DNA from: Octopus vulgaris
Lineage: Eukaryota
Length of the DNA stretch: 64,000 nt
Direction: 5' to 3'
Assembly: GCA_951406725.2 (NCBI GenBank)
Contig: OX597840.1
Coordinates: forward strand, 3,906,001-3,970,000
A program made the translations under genes and the position numbers. Below the pieces are notes generated by a model. That model was not told where the DNA came from, searched no databases, and saw nothing but the letters and a program-made list of their open reading frames with translations. Of this stretch, positions 1 through 12,987 are shown one piece after another (position 1 is the stretch's first letter; the number at the start of each line of letters is the position of its first letter).

Positions 1-29
1 ATCCCTCTCACTCACTCACCTAACGTACG

Positions 30-185
30 CGTGATTATGCGGTAAAAAGCTTGCTTCCTAACCAACGGGTTCCAAGCTCAGTCCCAATGCGTGGTACCAT
101 GGGAATGTGTCTTCTGCTATAGCTTTGGATCGATTAAAGAGTTGCCAGTAGATCTAGTAGAAGAAAACTGAAAGAAGCTTATTGT
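30..185 (+). mobile_element. SINE family A, degenerate 5' part
   Basis: Diverged match to 1052-1205 (ggtaa..agcttgctt..tcagtcc..tgtcttctgctatag..aactgaaagaag). Confidence 0.6.
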
Positions 186-211
186 ATACATGTGTATGTA
201 TAAATATATAT

Positions 212-960
212 GGAAAAAAGTCAAGGTAGAAAATGCTAAAATAATTTTATAAAAAACATTTCAGTACCGGTTTCAGTCATTAAGACTTTTCAAAGCCTGT
301 AAGTATGGAAAACAATTAAATTTTGGAAAAATTAAATGAAAAATTTTTTAAAGAATATTCTTATATAACATGAAGTGCGAAAACAAATGAGTTGAGTACG
401 CAAACAACGAGAGAAACAAATGAAAAACAGGACAAGTAGCATAAAGAACGACGTTCATCAGTTGACGGCTGTCCATCTACTCCTCATTTTGAGCATTGAA
501 CAACAATATGAGTCTTCGAAGATAGTTGCTCCTATCAGTACCGAAATAAAAGTTTGGATTTGCGAAAGTTGAAAGTTGGTAACAAAAACAGGACAGTGGA
601 GACATACAAGGAAACTGGAAGAAAACAAACATCGAGGGCCGTTAGACCAGACAAAGTTAAAGTAGCGAATTTGACAAGAGAAAAAGATAGAAGAGACAGG
701 AATATATGTGCAGACTCTACGACATCCCTGGAGGAAAAGAAAGATGATCATGTGAAGAAAAGAAAGATGGACGATGGTCACGCGTGAGCAACGAGAGAGA
801 GAGTAAATGAGAAAGAGGGAGAGAGAGAGAAAACAGTGGAAGGGAGAAAGAGGGGATTAGAGAAATGATGAAAGAGAAAACGATAATGGGAAAGAGCATT
901 AAAGGGTAGAGTCGCATCAAGAATATTAAGATAAACATACTTGAACGCCAAGCATCCATT
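212..960 (-). mobile_element. Penelope-like element remnant(s) with a degenerate hammerhead motif
   Basis: Minus strand at about 262-300 reads TTGAAAA GTC ttaat GACT GAAA CCGG TA CTG (palindromic stem III ACCGGT). Flanked by TA-rich sequence; boundaries uncertain. Confidence 0.4.
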
Positions 961-1051
961 TCCATGTAAGTTTATTTCGATATATATAGGTGTGTATGTG
1001 TGTGTGTAGTATATTTATATATTCATATTCATATTCATATTTAAAAGATAC

Positions 1052-1204
1052 AGGCGTGGCTGTTTGGTAAGAAGCTTGCTTTCAAATCACACAGTTCTGG
1101 GTTCAGTCCTACTGAGTGGCACGTTGGGCAAGTGTCTTATACTTTAGTCGAGCCGACCAAAGCCTTGTGAGTGGATTTGGTAGACGGAAACTGAAAGAAG
1201 CCCG

Positions 1205-1244
<40 letters not shown>

Positions 1245-1437
1245 GTGTGTGTATGTTTGTATGTCTGTGCTGTGTCCTCAGTCACTTGATACCGATGTTG
1301 GTGTGTTTATGTCTCTGTAACGTAGTGGTTTAGCTAAAAAGACCGAAAGAATAAGTCCTTCGGTCGATTTGCTCGATTAAAGGTGGTGCTCCAGCATGAC
1401 CACAGTCAAATGACTGAAACTAGTAAAAGAATAAAAT
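1052..1437 (+). mobile_element. SINE family A (tRNA-like head, internal (TA)n(TG)n, CR1-like LINE tail)
   Basis: ggcgtggctgtttggtaagaagcttgct...gacggaaactgaaagaagcccg-(TA)n...ggtggtgctccagcatgaccacagtcaaatgactgaaac; many copies in the window. Confidence 0.85.
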
Positions 1438-1544
1438 ATATATGTGTATATATATCTTTCTGTCTGTATATTTATATCTTAATATTCCTTTATAAACCAT
1501 TAAAACTTACATACACCTGTGTGTGTTGGTGTGTGGGTGTGTGG

Positions 1545-1587
<43 letters not shown>

Positions 1588-1951
1588 AGTCTATATCTAC
1601 TGGTATGTGTACATGTGTGTGCGTCGAGATTGTTGACAATACTCTATTCTGAAACATTGTCTTTGTATAGCGGCAACAAGAAAAATAATTTGGAATGTAT
1701 CCCGTGAGGCATTGCCGCTGTGAAAAGATTGCCCGTAGGACATTGGCCGTCCTTGTTACTAGGATTAAAGCTATGGGCAAATCCAAACGCATACGCACAT
1801 TCACACTCGCACGCACACACACACACATACACAAAGACACACACACATAAACACCAGCATACCCATAACACGTACACACACAGCTATATATACACATATT
1901 TCTATGCATGTATTTGTAGAAATATATACATACATACATTTATATATATAA

Positions 1952-2043
<92 letters not shown>

Positions 2044-2120
2044 GTATATATATATATATGTGTTTGTGTATATATATTTATATATATGCATATATATGTA
2101 TATATTGATATATATATATA

Positions 2121-2194
<74 letters not shown>

Positions 2195-2248
2195 GAAAGA
2201 GAGAGAATGCTATCTTTATGTATATATAATATATATATATATATATAT

Positions 2249-2293
<45 letters not shown>

Positions 2294-2984
2294 ATTGATT
2301 GGGGTATTGTTAATATATTCTCACATCTGTATATGGGTTTGTGATTCTTTCTGTTCGAATGTGTATATGTGTGTGAGACACACGGACAGATCGTCAGGAA
2401 GGTATATGGAATTATGAACTTATCTACATATACGTAATCTGTATGTATATATATGTGTGTGTGTGTGTGTGTATGCATGTTTGTGTGTGTATATATATAT
2501 ATATACATACATATGAGATATATATGTAAGTATACACGCATATATATCCAAAACATGTACAAATACATACATTCACTTATGTTTATATATACATATATCC
2601 ATGCATATATATGTATACATATTTATGTATGTGTCTTTATATGAGTTTATATAAATGTTTATACACACACACACACACACACACATACACACACACATGC
2701 ACACACACACACATATGCACACACACACACATGCACACACACACACAGCTACATGTGTATACATAGTTACATATTCCTTCTTTCATATATTATATAGATA
2801 TCGCCGTAAACATAGATATAGATATATATATATATGTATATATATATATACATGAGTGTGTGTTTGTGTGCGTTTTCATACATAAGCATAAACATACACA
2901 CACAAAAACATATACACATAAACATACACACACTGATACACACTCACAGACACATTAATATATTAGTTGCAACAGAAACAAATG

Positions 2985-3511
2985 TAGATACAGAAATGGA
3001 AAGACGTTATTAGCTGCAGAATAAAACTGGATATAGAATTCTCTGTCTCCTTAGCTACTGGGAAAGGTTGAAACAGCAAAGACTCTACTCCCTGGAGAGA
3101 AGACGGGAGAGGTATGCAGTAATATATGTCTGGAAGATCCTGGAAGGTATTGTGCCAAATGTTAGCATTGTAAACTACACCAATGCTAGAACGGGATCCC
3201 AGTAATGCCATCACGCTTCAGGACAAGTTACTGCAACAGCCTGGGTTTCAAGGGCCCACAGCTTTTTAATATTCTCCCAAAGAGTCTTAGGAACTTGCAC
3301 AAAGTAGATGTAGCGGTTTTTAAATCAAAGCTGGACATCTTCCTGTCGAGAGTCCCAGATGAACCTACCTCATGGCAAGAGGTGCAAATGAGAGCAGCTA
3401 TATCAAACTCCTTTCTTCACCAAGTGCCACATATTAGAGGAGGTTCTTCGTAATAACAGTGTAGCACAAAACGGCGGTGCATCAACATGGCCGCAGCTCT
3501 GAGCTGAAACA

Positions 3512-3531
<20 letters not shown>
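2985..3531 (+). mobile_element. CR1/L2-group LINE 3' fragment with 3' UTR and A-tail
   Basis: Frameshifted RT C-terminus (..YSLERRRERYAVIYVWKILEGIVPN.. / NSLGFKGPQLFNILPKSLRNL..FKSKLDIFLSRVPDEP), then ggcggtgcatcaacatggccgcagc..ctgaaac and poly(A). Confidence 0.8.
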
Positions 3532-3564
<33 letters not shown>

Positions 3565-4118
3565 AGGTGGCTGCCCCCTCGTTATCGAGTATGGCCATTG
3601 CACGAAGCTTAATCAATGTTGTTATCGTGCAATACCTGTGCAAGAAGATTTTTTTAAAGTGAGGAAAGGTTGTGCACTGAGTCAATCCCACTCACTAAGC
3701 AACAGCAGCCATAATCCGAAAAGAATAACAAGTCAACATCATCGGTAACCACTGAGCCGCAGGTTTTATGTCGGAGTTATCCCAGTTACCTGAGTCACCT
3801 TCTCCTAGAAGGATGCCCTAACAAAGGCCAGGAGTCCTTCACTCTCAATGGTTTAACCGCGCGATCGGTTATTCAGTCCGATTATTTCTATGTCCCCGCG
3901 CATGATACAGCCTTAAGACATTTATTGGATGGCCGTTGACTCTCAAGAGTTCCTCCACCCTTTGACGGGTTTTGTTTTTCATCCCGCAGGGTGTCCAATA
4001 AACACCCTCCTCACCAAGCAAGCTTGGTGGGGTTGCCGGTTTAGTCACCGACGACCCGACCATGCAACAGATTGTTCTGGGTTACATGTTACCAGTAGCA
4101 CTCGAAGTGACCTGACAT
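3565..4118 (-). mobile_element. Non-autonomous or internally deleted RTE-type element
   Basis: Its 3' end (attaagcttcgtgcaatggccatactcg..gggcagcca) is nearly identical to the tail at 26985-27031. Its 5' end matches 42720-42820. Flanked by (TA)n and (CATA)n. Confidence 0.65.
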
Positions 4119-4269
4119 AGCATACATACATACATACATACATACATACATACATACATACATACATACATACATACATACATAAAGACAGAGAGAAAAT
4201 GGAAAAAAAATTAAAAGGTAAACCGAAAATAAGGGATGGCGGGAAGAAAATTCATACTGACAATACTCT

Positions 4270-4715
4270 TCTCATTACGTGTGATGTACAAGTTAAGACA
4301 ATCTTTTGTACTTCCTGCATGGATTGTAAGCCAGGAATAATTTTCAGTTCCTTTTTTGATCATTTCAAGTTATCCTACAATCACTGGTATTGTAACGGTC
4401 TTGAGATGCCATATCTTTTCGATTTCGATTAGCAAATCTTTATATTTTCTGAGCTTATTCAATTCTTTTGCTAAGATATTATGGTCACAGGATATGCTCA
4501 TGTCAATCAATAAACAGACTTTGTGGTTTTTGGTCTTTCACAACAATATCTGGGTTTTTTTTTGCTTTGATGGTCCGGTCTTTACATACTGGGAAATCCC
4601 GAAGAATAGTTACATTTTTTCCCTCAGTTACAGCCTCGGGATGGTGCTCGTACCATTTGTCAGCAGTTTTGATTTTATAAAGCCGACACTGTTTCTTCTC
4701 CATCACCAGATATCC
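4270..4715 (-). mobile_element. R4/Dong-like non-LTR retrotransposon, restriction-like endonuclease fragment
   Basis: KWYEHHPEAVTEGKNVTILRDFPVCKDRTIKAKKNPDIVVKD..FID, continuing ..KYKDLLIEIEKIWHLKTVTIPVIVG; abuts (TTA)n. Confidence 0.8.
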
Positions 4716-4744
4716 TTCTTCTTCTTATTATTATTATTATTATT

Positions 4745-4798
<54 letters not shown>

Positions 4799-4817
4799 AT
4801 TGTTATTATTAATGTTA

Positions 4818-4893
<76 letters not shown>

Positions 4894-4921
4894 CATTATT
4901 TATTATTATTATTATTATTAA

Positions 4922-4952
<31 letters not shown>

Positions 4953-5001
4953 ATTAATATTATTATTATTATTATTATTAATATTATTATTATTATCATC
5001 A

Positions 5002-5056
<55 letters not shown>

Positions 5057-5060
5057 CATT
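4716..5060 (+). repeat. (TTA)n/(TTG)n microsatellite abutting the 3' splice site
   Basis: Direct reading. Confidence 0.95.
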
Positions 5061-5064
5061 GCAG

Positions 5065-5275
5065 GATGATGAGGGTGAATGCTTGAAGACCTGCAACTAC
5101 CTTCGGGTGAATTCATTAACGAAGCAAGGCAGCTGTCCTCAAGCATTGGCAGCGATAGGTTTTGAGGCTGCCTGTGTTGAAAGCTGTACAGCTGACATCC
5201 ACTGTGACAGTCACCTAAAGTGCTGTGCCAATGGGTGCGGCTGGACATGTCAAGAACCGGTGAATCTTGGCACAG
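5065..5275 (+). CDS. ANOS1: Internal exon of an anosmin-1 (KAL1/ANOS1)-like gene: end of the Cys-rich region plus WAP four-disulfide core
   Basis: Acceptor tcattgcAG|GATGAT and donor CAG|GTAAA; 70 codons + 1 nt. Translation DDEGECLKTCNYLRVNSLTKQGSCPQALAAIGFEAACVESCTADIHCDSHLKCCANGCGWTCQEPVNLGT closely resembles recalled anosmin-1 (ECLTSCEFL..KQGDCP..SGFAAACVESC..D..C...KCCSNGCGHTCQVP). Confidence 0.9.
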
Positions 5276-5625
5276 GTAAAAGAATTCAGTTAAAAATCTC
5301 CCTCGCCCTTTCACCCCACTTAACCCCCCACCACCACCACCACCCACCTTCACCACCCCTTTCTCCCTCACCGCAAAGAGAGTCCAGACGAAAATACTGA
5401 ATTCCAACCCCATCACCAACATCACCACAACCACCACAGCTACTATATTTTGCCACAACGCACCAACACCCACCACTACAACCACCACCACCACAATCAC
5501 CACCAACATTAATATTTAGTCGATTGACCCCTAAATAGCTCCCCTTAAATAACTGCCCTTTTGCTCAGCCCTCTTATTCAGAGCCAAATAAATAACCTCC
5601 ATTATTATTATCATTATTATTATTA

Positions 5626-5707
<82 letters not shown>

Positions 5708-5752
5708 CATTATTTTTATCATTATTATTATTATTATCATTATTATTATTAC

Positions 5753-5803
<51 letters not shown>

Positions 5804-5810
5804 CTTTATT

Positions 5811-5866
<56 letters not shown>

Positions 5867-6362
5867 GGCGGCGTGCTGGAAGAATCGGTAGCGCATCGGA
5901 TAAAATATCTGGTGCCATATCTTCTGGCTCTTTACTTTCTGAGTTCAAATTCCGCCGAGATCCACTTGCCTTTCATCCTTTCGAGGTCGATTAAATAAGT
6001 ACCAGTGAAACACTGGGGTCGATGCAATCGACTAGTCTCCTCTCCACCAAAACAAAAAAGTTCAGGCCTTGTGCCTATTATAGAAAGGATTCTTATTATT
6101 GTTATTATTATAGTTGTTATTACTAAGGCTGTGAGCAAGCAGAATCGGTAGCGCATCGGATAAAATATCTGGTGCCATATCTTCTGGCTCTTCACGTTCT
6201 GAGTTCAAATCCCACCAAGCTCAGCTTTGCACTTCATCCTTTTGAGGTCGATAAAATATATACCAGTTGCGTACTGGGGTCGATCTAATCGACTGGATTC
6301 GATGTAAACGACTATTCCTCTCACCCAAAATTCCAGCAATTGTGCCTGTGATAGAAAGGATT
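5867..6362 (+). mobile_element. Two tandem SINE family M copies (Meta-domain-like core)
   Basis: ggcggcgtgctggaagaatcggtagc..gagttcaaattccgccgag..gcctttcatcctttcgaggtcgattaaataagtaccag..tgtgcctattatagaaaggatt, present twice. Confidence 0.8.
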
Positions 6363-6369
6363 ATTATTA

Positions 6370-6416
<47 letters not shown>

Positions 6417-6485
6417 TGCTTCCAATGTCTTCCACATTTATGTACAAGAAACCTTCATTCACACATCCATCAATATATATGTATG

Positions 6486-6522
<37 letters not shown>

Positions 6523-6726
6523 TACATACACCTACACATTCACACACATGCATACATATATAATTATATATATATATATATATACCTGGCTTCCCTCCCT
6601 CATACGACAAAAATATTATCAGACAAACATTCAAATCCATACATGATCACCCCTTCTTCTTACTCCATTACTATGCTGCTCTCCCCACCCCCAGTATATT
6701 CCAGTCACTCACCCTACCACCCAAAA

Positions 6727-6843
<117 letters not shown>

Positions 6844-7068
6844 TTTCCTCCTCCTCTACCTCCAACTTATCCTCGGGCCACCACGAAAAAATTATTTCCT
6901 TCCTCTTTTTACTTATTAAATTTTTGAGAAAAAAAATTTTCAAATATTTTTTTTTTAATCTTTTAATATTTACAATTTCACCACTTGCTCCTCTTCTCCA
7001 ACTTTCTCCTGCTCTGCCTCTTCTTCACCTCTTCCTTACTCCTTCTTCATGTATTTTATTCTTCTTGC

Positions 7069-7099
<31 letters not shown>

Positions 7100-7307
7100 A
7101 TTGTTATAATAATTATTGTTATTGTTCCGCTTTTCCATTAATTATATCATCCTGCAATGAAAAAAAAACATAAAAAACCATTTTAAAACATTGAATACCC
7201 ATTTAAAAAACACATAACGTAAAGTTTAAAAGAAAATAAATTTAAAAAACACCAAAGAAGTAAAAAAAAAGTGGTAAAAAATAATATAATTAAAAAATAC
7301 TTTTTAA

Positions 7308-7374
<67 letters not shown>

Positions 7375-7411
7375 CATATATGTATATATATATATACATA
7401 TATATATATGC

Positions 7412-7462
<51 letters not shown>

Positions 7463-7752
7463 TATATATACATATTTATATACATATACATACATATATC
7501 TATATATATTTATATATATATACATATGAGATATAAGTATATAATATATTATATATATATGCATATGTATGTGTATATATATATATGCATATATATGTAT
7601 ATATATACACATATATGTATATATAAACATATATGTGTATATATATGAATACATATATGTATATGTGTGTATATGCATATATATACATATATATGTATAT
7701 ACATATAAACTTATATATATATATGTATATGCATATATATGTATGTACATAG

Positions 7753-7785
<33 letters not shown>

Positions 7786-7815
7786 GATATATAAATGTAT
7801 ATATATATACATTTA

Positions 7816-7856
<41 letters not shown>

Positions 7857-7900
7857 CATATATACATATATATATATGTATATATATATATGTATGTATG

Positions 7901-7940
<40 letters not shown>

Positions 7941-7941
7941 A

Positions 7942-7989
<48 letters not shown>

Positions 7990-8624
7990 TGCGGTAGACG
8001 TGAAAGAATATCAACTATATGCCCTGCTGTTTAGTTTCGTCTAAGCTTTCTCATGCAACATGTAGTATTGGCAGATTTTCCTTCAAACCATTCCTAAATT
8101 CCAGTTCTCCCCTTGAATCTTGTTTCTTAAATCCTTTATTGATTTCGTCCTGAAATCGTCTTGATTTCCATAATATTTCATCCAATTTATTCCAACATAG
8201 TGTTAATCTAAGTACTTCTTACATTTTTGTTACTATTACATGTTGATCTTTCAAGAGAAATAAGGTGTTTGGTTAAGAAAGAGTTTTGCAGTTGCCTAAT
8301 TGTTTAAAATGGGGTGAAACGAAACTTGATTCAAATTGGATAAAACGAAATTTGGTCCCCGAGATTTCGTGAGATGATATCAACACAGAAATATCAGTTG
8401 GCAGGAAGTAGCAGTGTCCCAGCGATTCTCATCATGCGGAGTTCGTGCCTTCGTTAGGACTATATTCTATGCTCTGGTAAAAAGACACAGCCCTTTACAT
8501 AATGTGAATGCATATGCGCCATACCTACTAACTTGTTATTTATCCCCATGACATCTCCGAGTGTTCCGACAAACCCATGGTGACAGGTGTTCGAATCGTA
8601 ACTAATCTGTTTTATTTTGTGCAT

Positions 8625-8885
8625 ATCAACTCATAGGCTGCAGCCTTGCTGGGGCACTGCCCGTGTTATCTTTTCAAAGGCTACTCTTATGCGATTAGCT
8701 TTTGGTGAAAGGGGGAGTCTGACATTTGCTGCCCTCTTTGAGTTCCTTGCTGTGATGTTGGTTCATCTTGGACAACAGGTGATCAAAATATTTCTTGAAA
8801 ATATCTACCCATGCTCCATTTATCTCTCTCAAATATTTTGATAAATTATTGAATAACGGTGGGCCCTTCATTCCCAAAATAATGT
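8625..8885 (-). mobile_element. CR1-like LINE 3' fragment (same group as 2985-3531)
   Basis: MGMKGPPLFNNLSKYLREINGAWVDIFKKYFDHLLS aligns with GFKGPQLFNILPKSLRNLHKVDVAVFKSKLDIFLS; tail ggcagtgccccagcaaggctgcag. Confidence 0.7.
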
Positions 8886-8954
8886 AGTAAACGGTTCACA
8901 CTATAAATGGCATGACAAGGACCTGGCAAAAAGTAAGTTGTACCTATATTTCAA

Positions 8955-9112
8955 AGGGCCAGTCTTATCACATTATTCGTCACGCTGAATCTCGCTGAGT
9001 ACTACGTGGAGCGTGTCTCAACCATTTGCACGTTAATTTTACGAACAAGCTGTTCTCTTGATCAAATCATTTAGAACGCTCGTCGTCGTAACTGACCGAG
9101 TACCAGTTTTCC
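8955..9112. mobile_element. Unclassified interspersed repeat (second copy at about 17630-17790)
   Basis: Shared gtcacgc..tgag.actac..ttgcac.ttaattt.acga.ca.gct..ttgatca..gtcgtcg.aac.gac..accagtt. Confidence 0.55.
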
Positions 9113-9315
9113 TACAACAACTACCACTACTACTACTACTACTACTACTGCTATATGTACTGGTGTTTTGTCATCATAATCCTTATATAACGCTTTTGTT
9201 CCCAATCTTTATATTACACGTATATAATCTGTTTTTTCATGCAATAATAATGATTTAATATAATTTTTATCACAAGCAATGGCACGTTTTTGATATTCTT
9301 TCTGGAGTGAAATAC

Positions 9316-9386
<71 letters not shown>

Positions 9387-9468
9387 TATACATATATATA
9401 TTTATATATATACATATATATAAATATGTATATACGTATATATATATATATATATATGTACATATACG

Positions 9469-9500
<32 letters not shown>

Positions 9501-9911
9501 CTGCTTCTAAAGAAACGCGAGAGGAAAACGTAATTGATTGACATCAACAACAAAAATATATAACTATAAAATATAAAATAAATCTAAAACAAATAAACAA
9601 AATAATTTACATCTAAAAAAAAAATTTTAAATCATGAGATTTGTTTTCTTTTAAATGAGAGACAAAATTTCTTATACAAAAACAAAAAGAAACAAAAACA
9701 AAAAAAAAACAAATCAAAACTGATCTGACCAAAAAAAAAAAGCTATAAATAACATTTAATACATAAATCAATTAAAATTTATAAATGTAATTATCTAAAA
9801 GAAATTTTGTTTATTATTATTATTATTATTTTATTTGGAGTGTATGTGTGTGAACCATTAACCAACAAAACACATATTGTTAAACCATCATTATTATTAT
9901 TATCATTATTA

Positions 9912-9966
<55 letters not shown>

Positions 9967-10511
9967 CATTATTATTATTAATATTATTATTATTATTATT
10001 ATTACTGTCATTTTTTCATCACTATCATTCATATTATTATTATTATTACTATTATTATTATTATTATTATTATAATTATTATTATTATTATTATTATTAC
10101 TACTACTACTACTACTACTTTTAGTAGTAGTAGCAGTACTACTACTACTACAACTACTATTACTATTATTCATCGTTATGTCTTTCCTTCATGCATGTAT
10201 GCGTGTATATGTCATATAAATTTCACATAAAGATCATTTTTGTTTCTCTAATTTTTTTTTCCAAAAAACCGAAAAGAATTATTTTAAAATATTGAAAGTA
10301 AAAAAAAACATATATTTCAATACTATTTTAAAGTTGCTAATCATTATTTTTAAATCATCGAAATTAATTAACCATTGTCGCATTACTTTCATCCTATTAT
10401 TCTTTACGTTACTATCATTACCGCTATCATTTTCAATATTATTCTTATTCTTATTTTATCAGTGTTTTTACTATTACCAATATCGTTATTATTATTATTG
10501 TTATTATTTTA

Positions 10512-10878
10512 CATCTCAGAGGTCTTGGTCTTATTTGCTCTGGTCGATTCTTTGAGAGCGGACAGCAATCTATTGTCAAAAGTTTCACAAGGTCTCTTTC
10601 CGCAAATTACGTATTAGCTTTAGTACTTGGATGCTAACTCATCCTTAATATCCAAGCACTAATCTCAAAATCCTAGCTGTCCCTTGTAGAGCAGTTTTTT
10701 GGGGCCAGCTGTACCCTTATGTCAATTCCAATTTCTCCGATATAATCCTCGAACTTGATCGTTAGAGCTCCGAGTGCCCCTAAAACTACTGGGATAACAG
10801 TTACCCTCCTCATTGACCACATTCTTGCAATTTCATCGTTTTGTAGTCTGCGTTTTTCCCATTTTTCCAGCTCTTTGT
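10512..10878 (-). mobile_element. R4/Dong-like 3' fragment
   Basis: Minus-strand translation ..EIARMWSMRRVTVIPVVLGALGAL..ALQGTARILRLVLGY*; flanked by (TTA)n; sister copy at 11472-11720. Confidence 0.75.
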
Positions 10879-10904
10879 CATATTATTATTATTATTATTA
10901 TTAT

Positions 10905-11370
10905 TATTTTGACTTTTTATTTGTATTTGTACAAGTTGATTCCAATTTTCACCTAGAGACCTGAAGAGACAATGAGTTCGATGTTCAAGTTTGTGTTATG
11001 ACTAGGGTGCCATATATTTGATTTTGCACAAAGTATTGTTCTAGAGAATGTCTCAGAAAACATAAGAAAATTATAAATTTGTTTTAAAATTTGGGATTAC
11101 ATAAACAATATTTTACGTAGGATATGGACAGTTCCCATGAGCACTATCTTTTGAATTTCTTCCGTTTTTGGATTTCCTAGTATCTGAGCTAGGTAGCAAT
11201 CAGCCCCTTTTGTTATCATTCCCAGTTTTTGCTAGGTCTTGACAGATACATTTATGTCGATTGGGACATTCATATCGATGAAGAGACATGATTTTTGTCT
11301 GAAGTCTTTCAACATATTATATTCGCACCTGTCTTTCTGCCAGTTTGAAAAGTGAAGTTCCAAAGGAAAG
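10905..11370 (-). mobile_element. R4/Dong-like 3' fragment (family of 49520-50135), internally deleted
   Basis: Collinear similarity to 49520-50050; flanked by (TTA)n on both sides. Confidence 0.8.
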
Positions 11371-11391
11371 TATTATTATTATTATTATTAA

Positions 11392-11470
<79 letters not shown>

Positions 11471-11471
11471 T

Positions 11472-11720
11472 TACTTCTCACAACATTCGGTCTTGTTTGT
11501 TCAGGTAGATTCTGTCAGAGCGTACAGCAGTCTTCTATCAGAGGTTTCACAGGGTCTCTTTCCACATATGATAAACTTTGATACTTGTTTGTTAATTATC
11601 GTGGGAGACATTCAACATCCAAGTACCAATCGCAAAATTCTAGCTGTCCCCAACAGAGCAGTTTTGGGAGCTTGCTCAGCTCTCATGTTAATTTTTGGAC
11701 TTGCCCTGCTCTCATGTCAA
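11472..11720 (-). mobile_element. R4/Dong-like 3' fragment
   Basis: Homologous to 10512-10735 (aaaattctagctgtccc..agagcagttt). Confidence 0.7.
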
Positions 11721-11759
11721 TTTTAGGAATTGCTGTGCTCTCATGTCAAAATTATTATT

Positions 11760-12095
11760 ATTGAGTGAGAGAGCAGTACACGCCATCAAAGAGACACTGG
11801 AGTAAAATATACTAAGCCCAGTATATCAATCATGACTACCCGTCTGATAAGGGTACACCAGACACATGCATCACAACCATATGTGCGCGACATGGTGATC
11901 TCATATGAAGATAAACAGCACATGACTTAGCAGGTGGGGCCCATTTAGAATATTCTTCAGGGAAATCTGTGGTATTGATCAGAATATTTGCTGTAGCCCA
12001 TCCTTTATACCAAGGCATAACATGTACATGATAACACTTCCAATCATTTAAGAAAAGAAGCCATGAGAGTCAGTGCTTGACACTGCGTCAGGGCT
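11760..12095 (-). mobile_element. Non-coding (TAA)n-associated element, deleted copy of 47922-48476
   Basis: Shares ctgataagggtacaccag.cacatgcatcacaaccatatgtg and gccatgagag..tcagggc; lacks the central part. Confidence 0.75.
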
Positions 12096-12103
12096 ATAAT
12101 TTA

Positions 12104-12158
<55 letters not shown>

Positions 12159-12567
12159 GAATACTTTAGCGACAAATTTTTCTTTGTCTTTTTATCACCA
12201 TTTTATCCTTATTTCTTTTTATCTCATCTTATAAAAAGAACTTTACGAAGAATTCTTGCAGAAATTAAGGTTAGGAACCTTTCTGTAACCGTCCTATATT
12301 TTCTTCATATTATTTGTTTTTAAATTTTCATTTTGAGTCTAAGGACTCATTATTCATACACTTCCAAGAGCAAATATCTTCTTTTGAAGTCGTTCGAAAG
12401 CCCCAAGTCCATACTTACGCTAATATATCTAAGATATCATTCCTTTTTATCCAGCTAAATTTCGGCGATTGGTTATCCCATTCTTACATAATTTTATGGT
12501 TTTCTAAACATTTTTCGATCACATTACTGTCTTCTTTTGCAATGACAATATTCATGATATGTATACA

Positions 12568-12643
<76 letters not shown>

Positions 12644-12925
12644 ACATATACCAATATACACATGCATACTCCATATATATATTATAGTGTATGTATATAT
12701 AAATATATATATATATTATATATTATATGTATATACATATATATTATATATTATATATATATACATATATATATATATATGTACACATTCATACATATTA
12801 CAGATATATGCGGTTGCCAGTGGAGGGACAGTTTTCAAGAGGAAATCATGTGAAAAGGATAGCTTGTAGACGATTATTTTCTAATTTTCAAAGTATTATT
12901 TTAAATCATCTTTTAACCCTTGTAA

Positions 12926-12987
<62 letters not shown>

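Noticed and set aside
5276-5400. His/Pro-rich continuation of the WAP ORF
   Set aside because: Lies after a good splice donor and is low-complexity (CAC)n; treated as intron.
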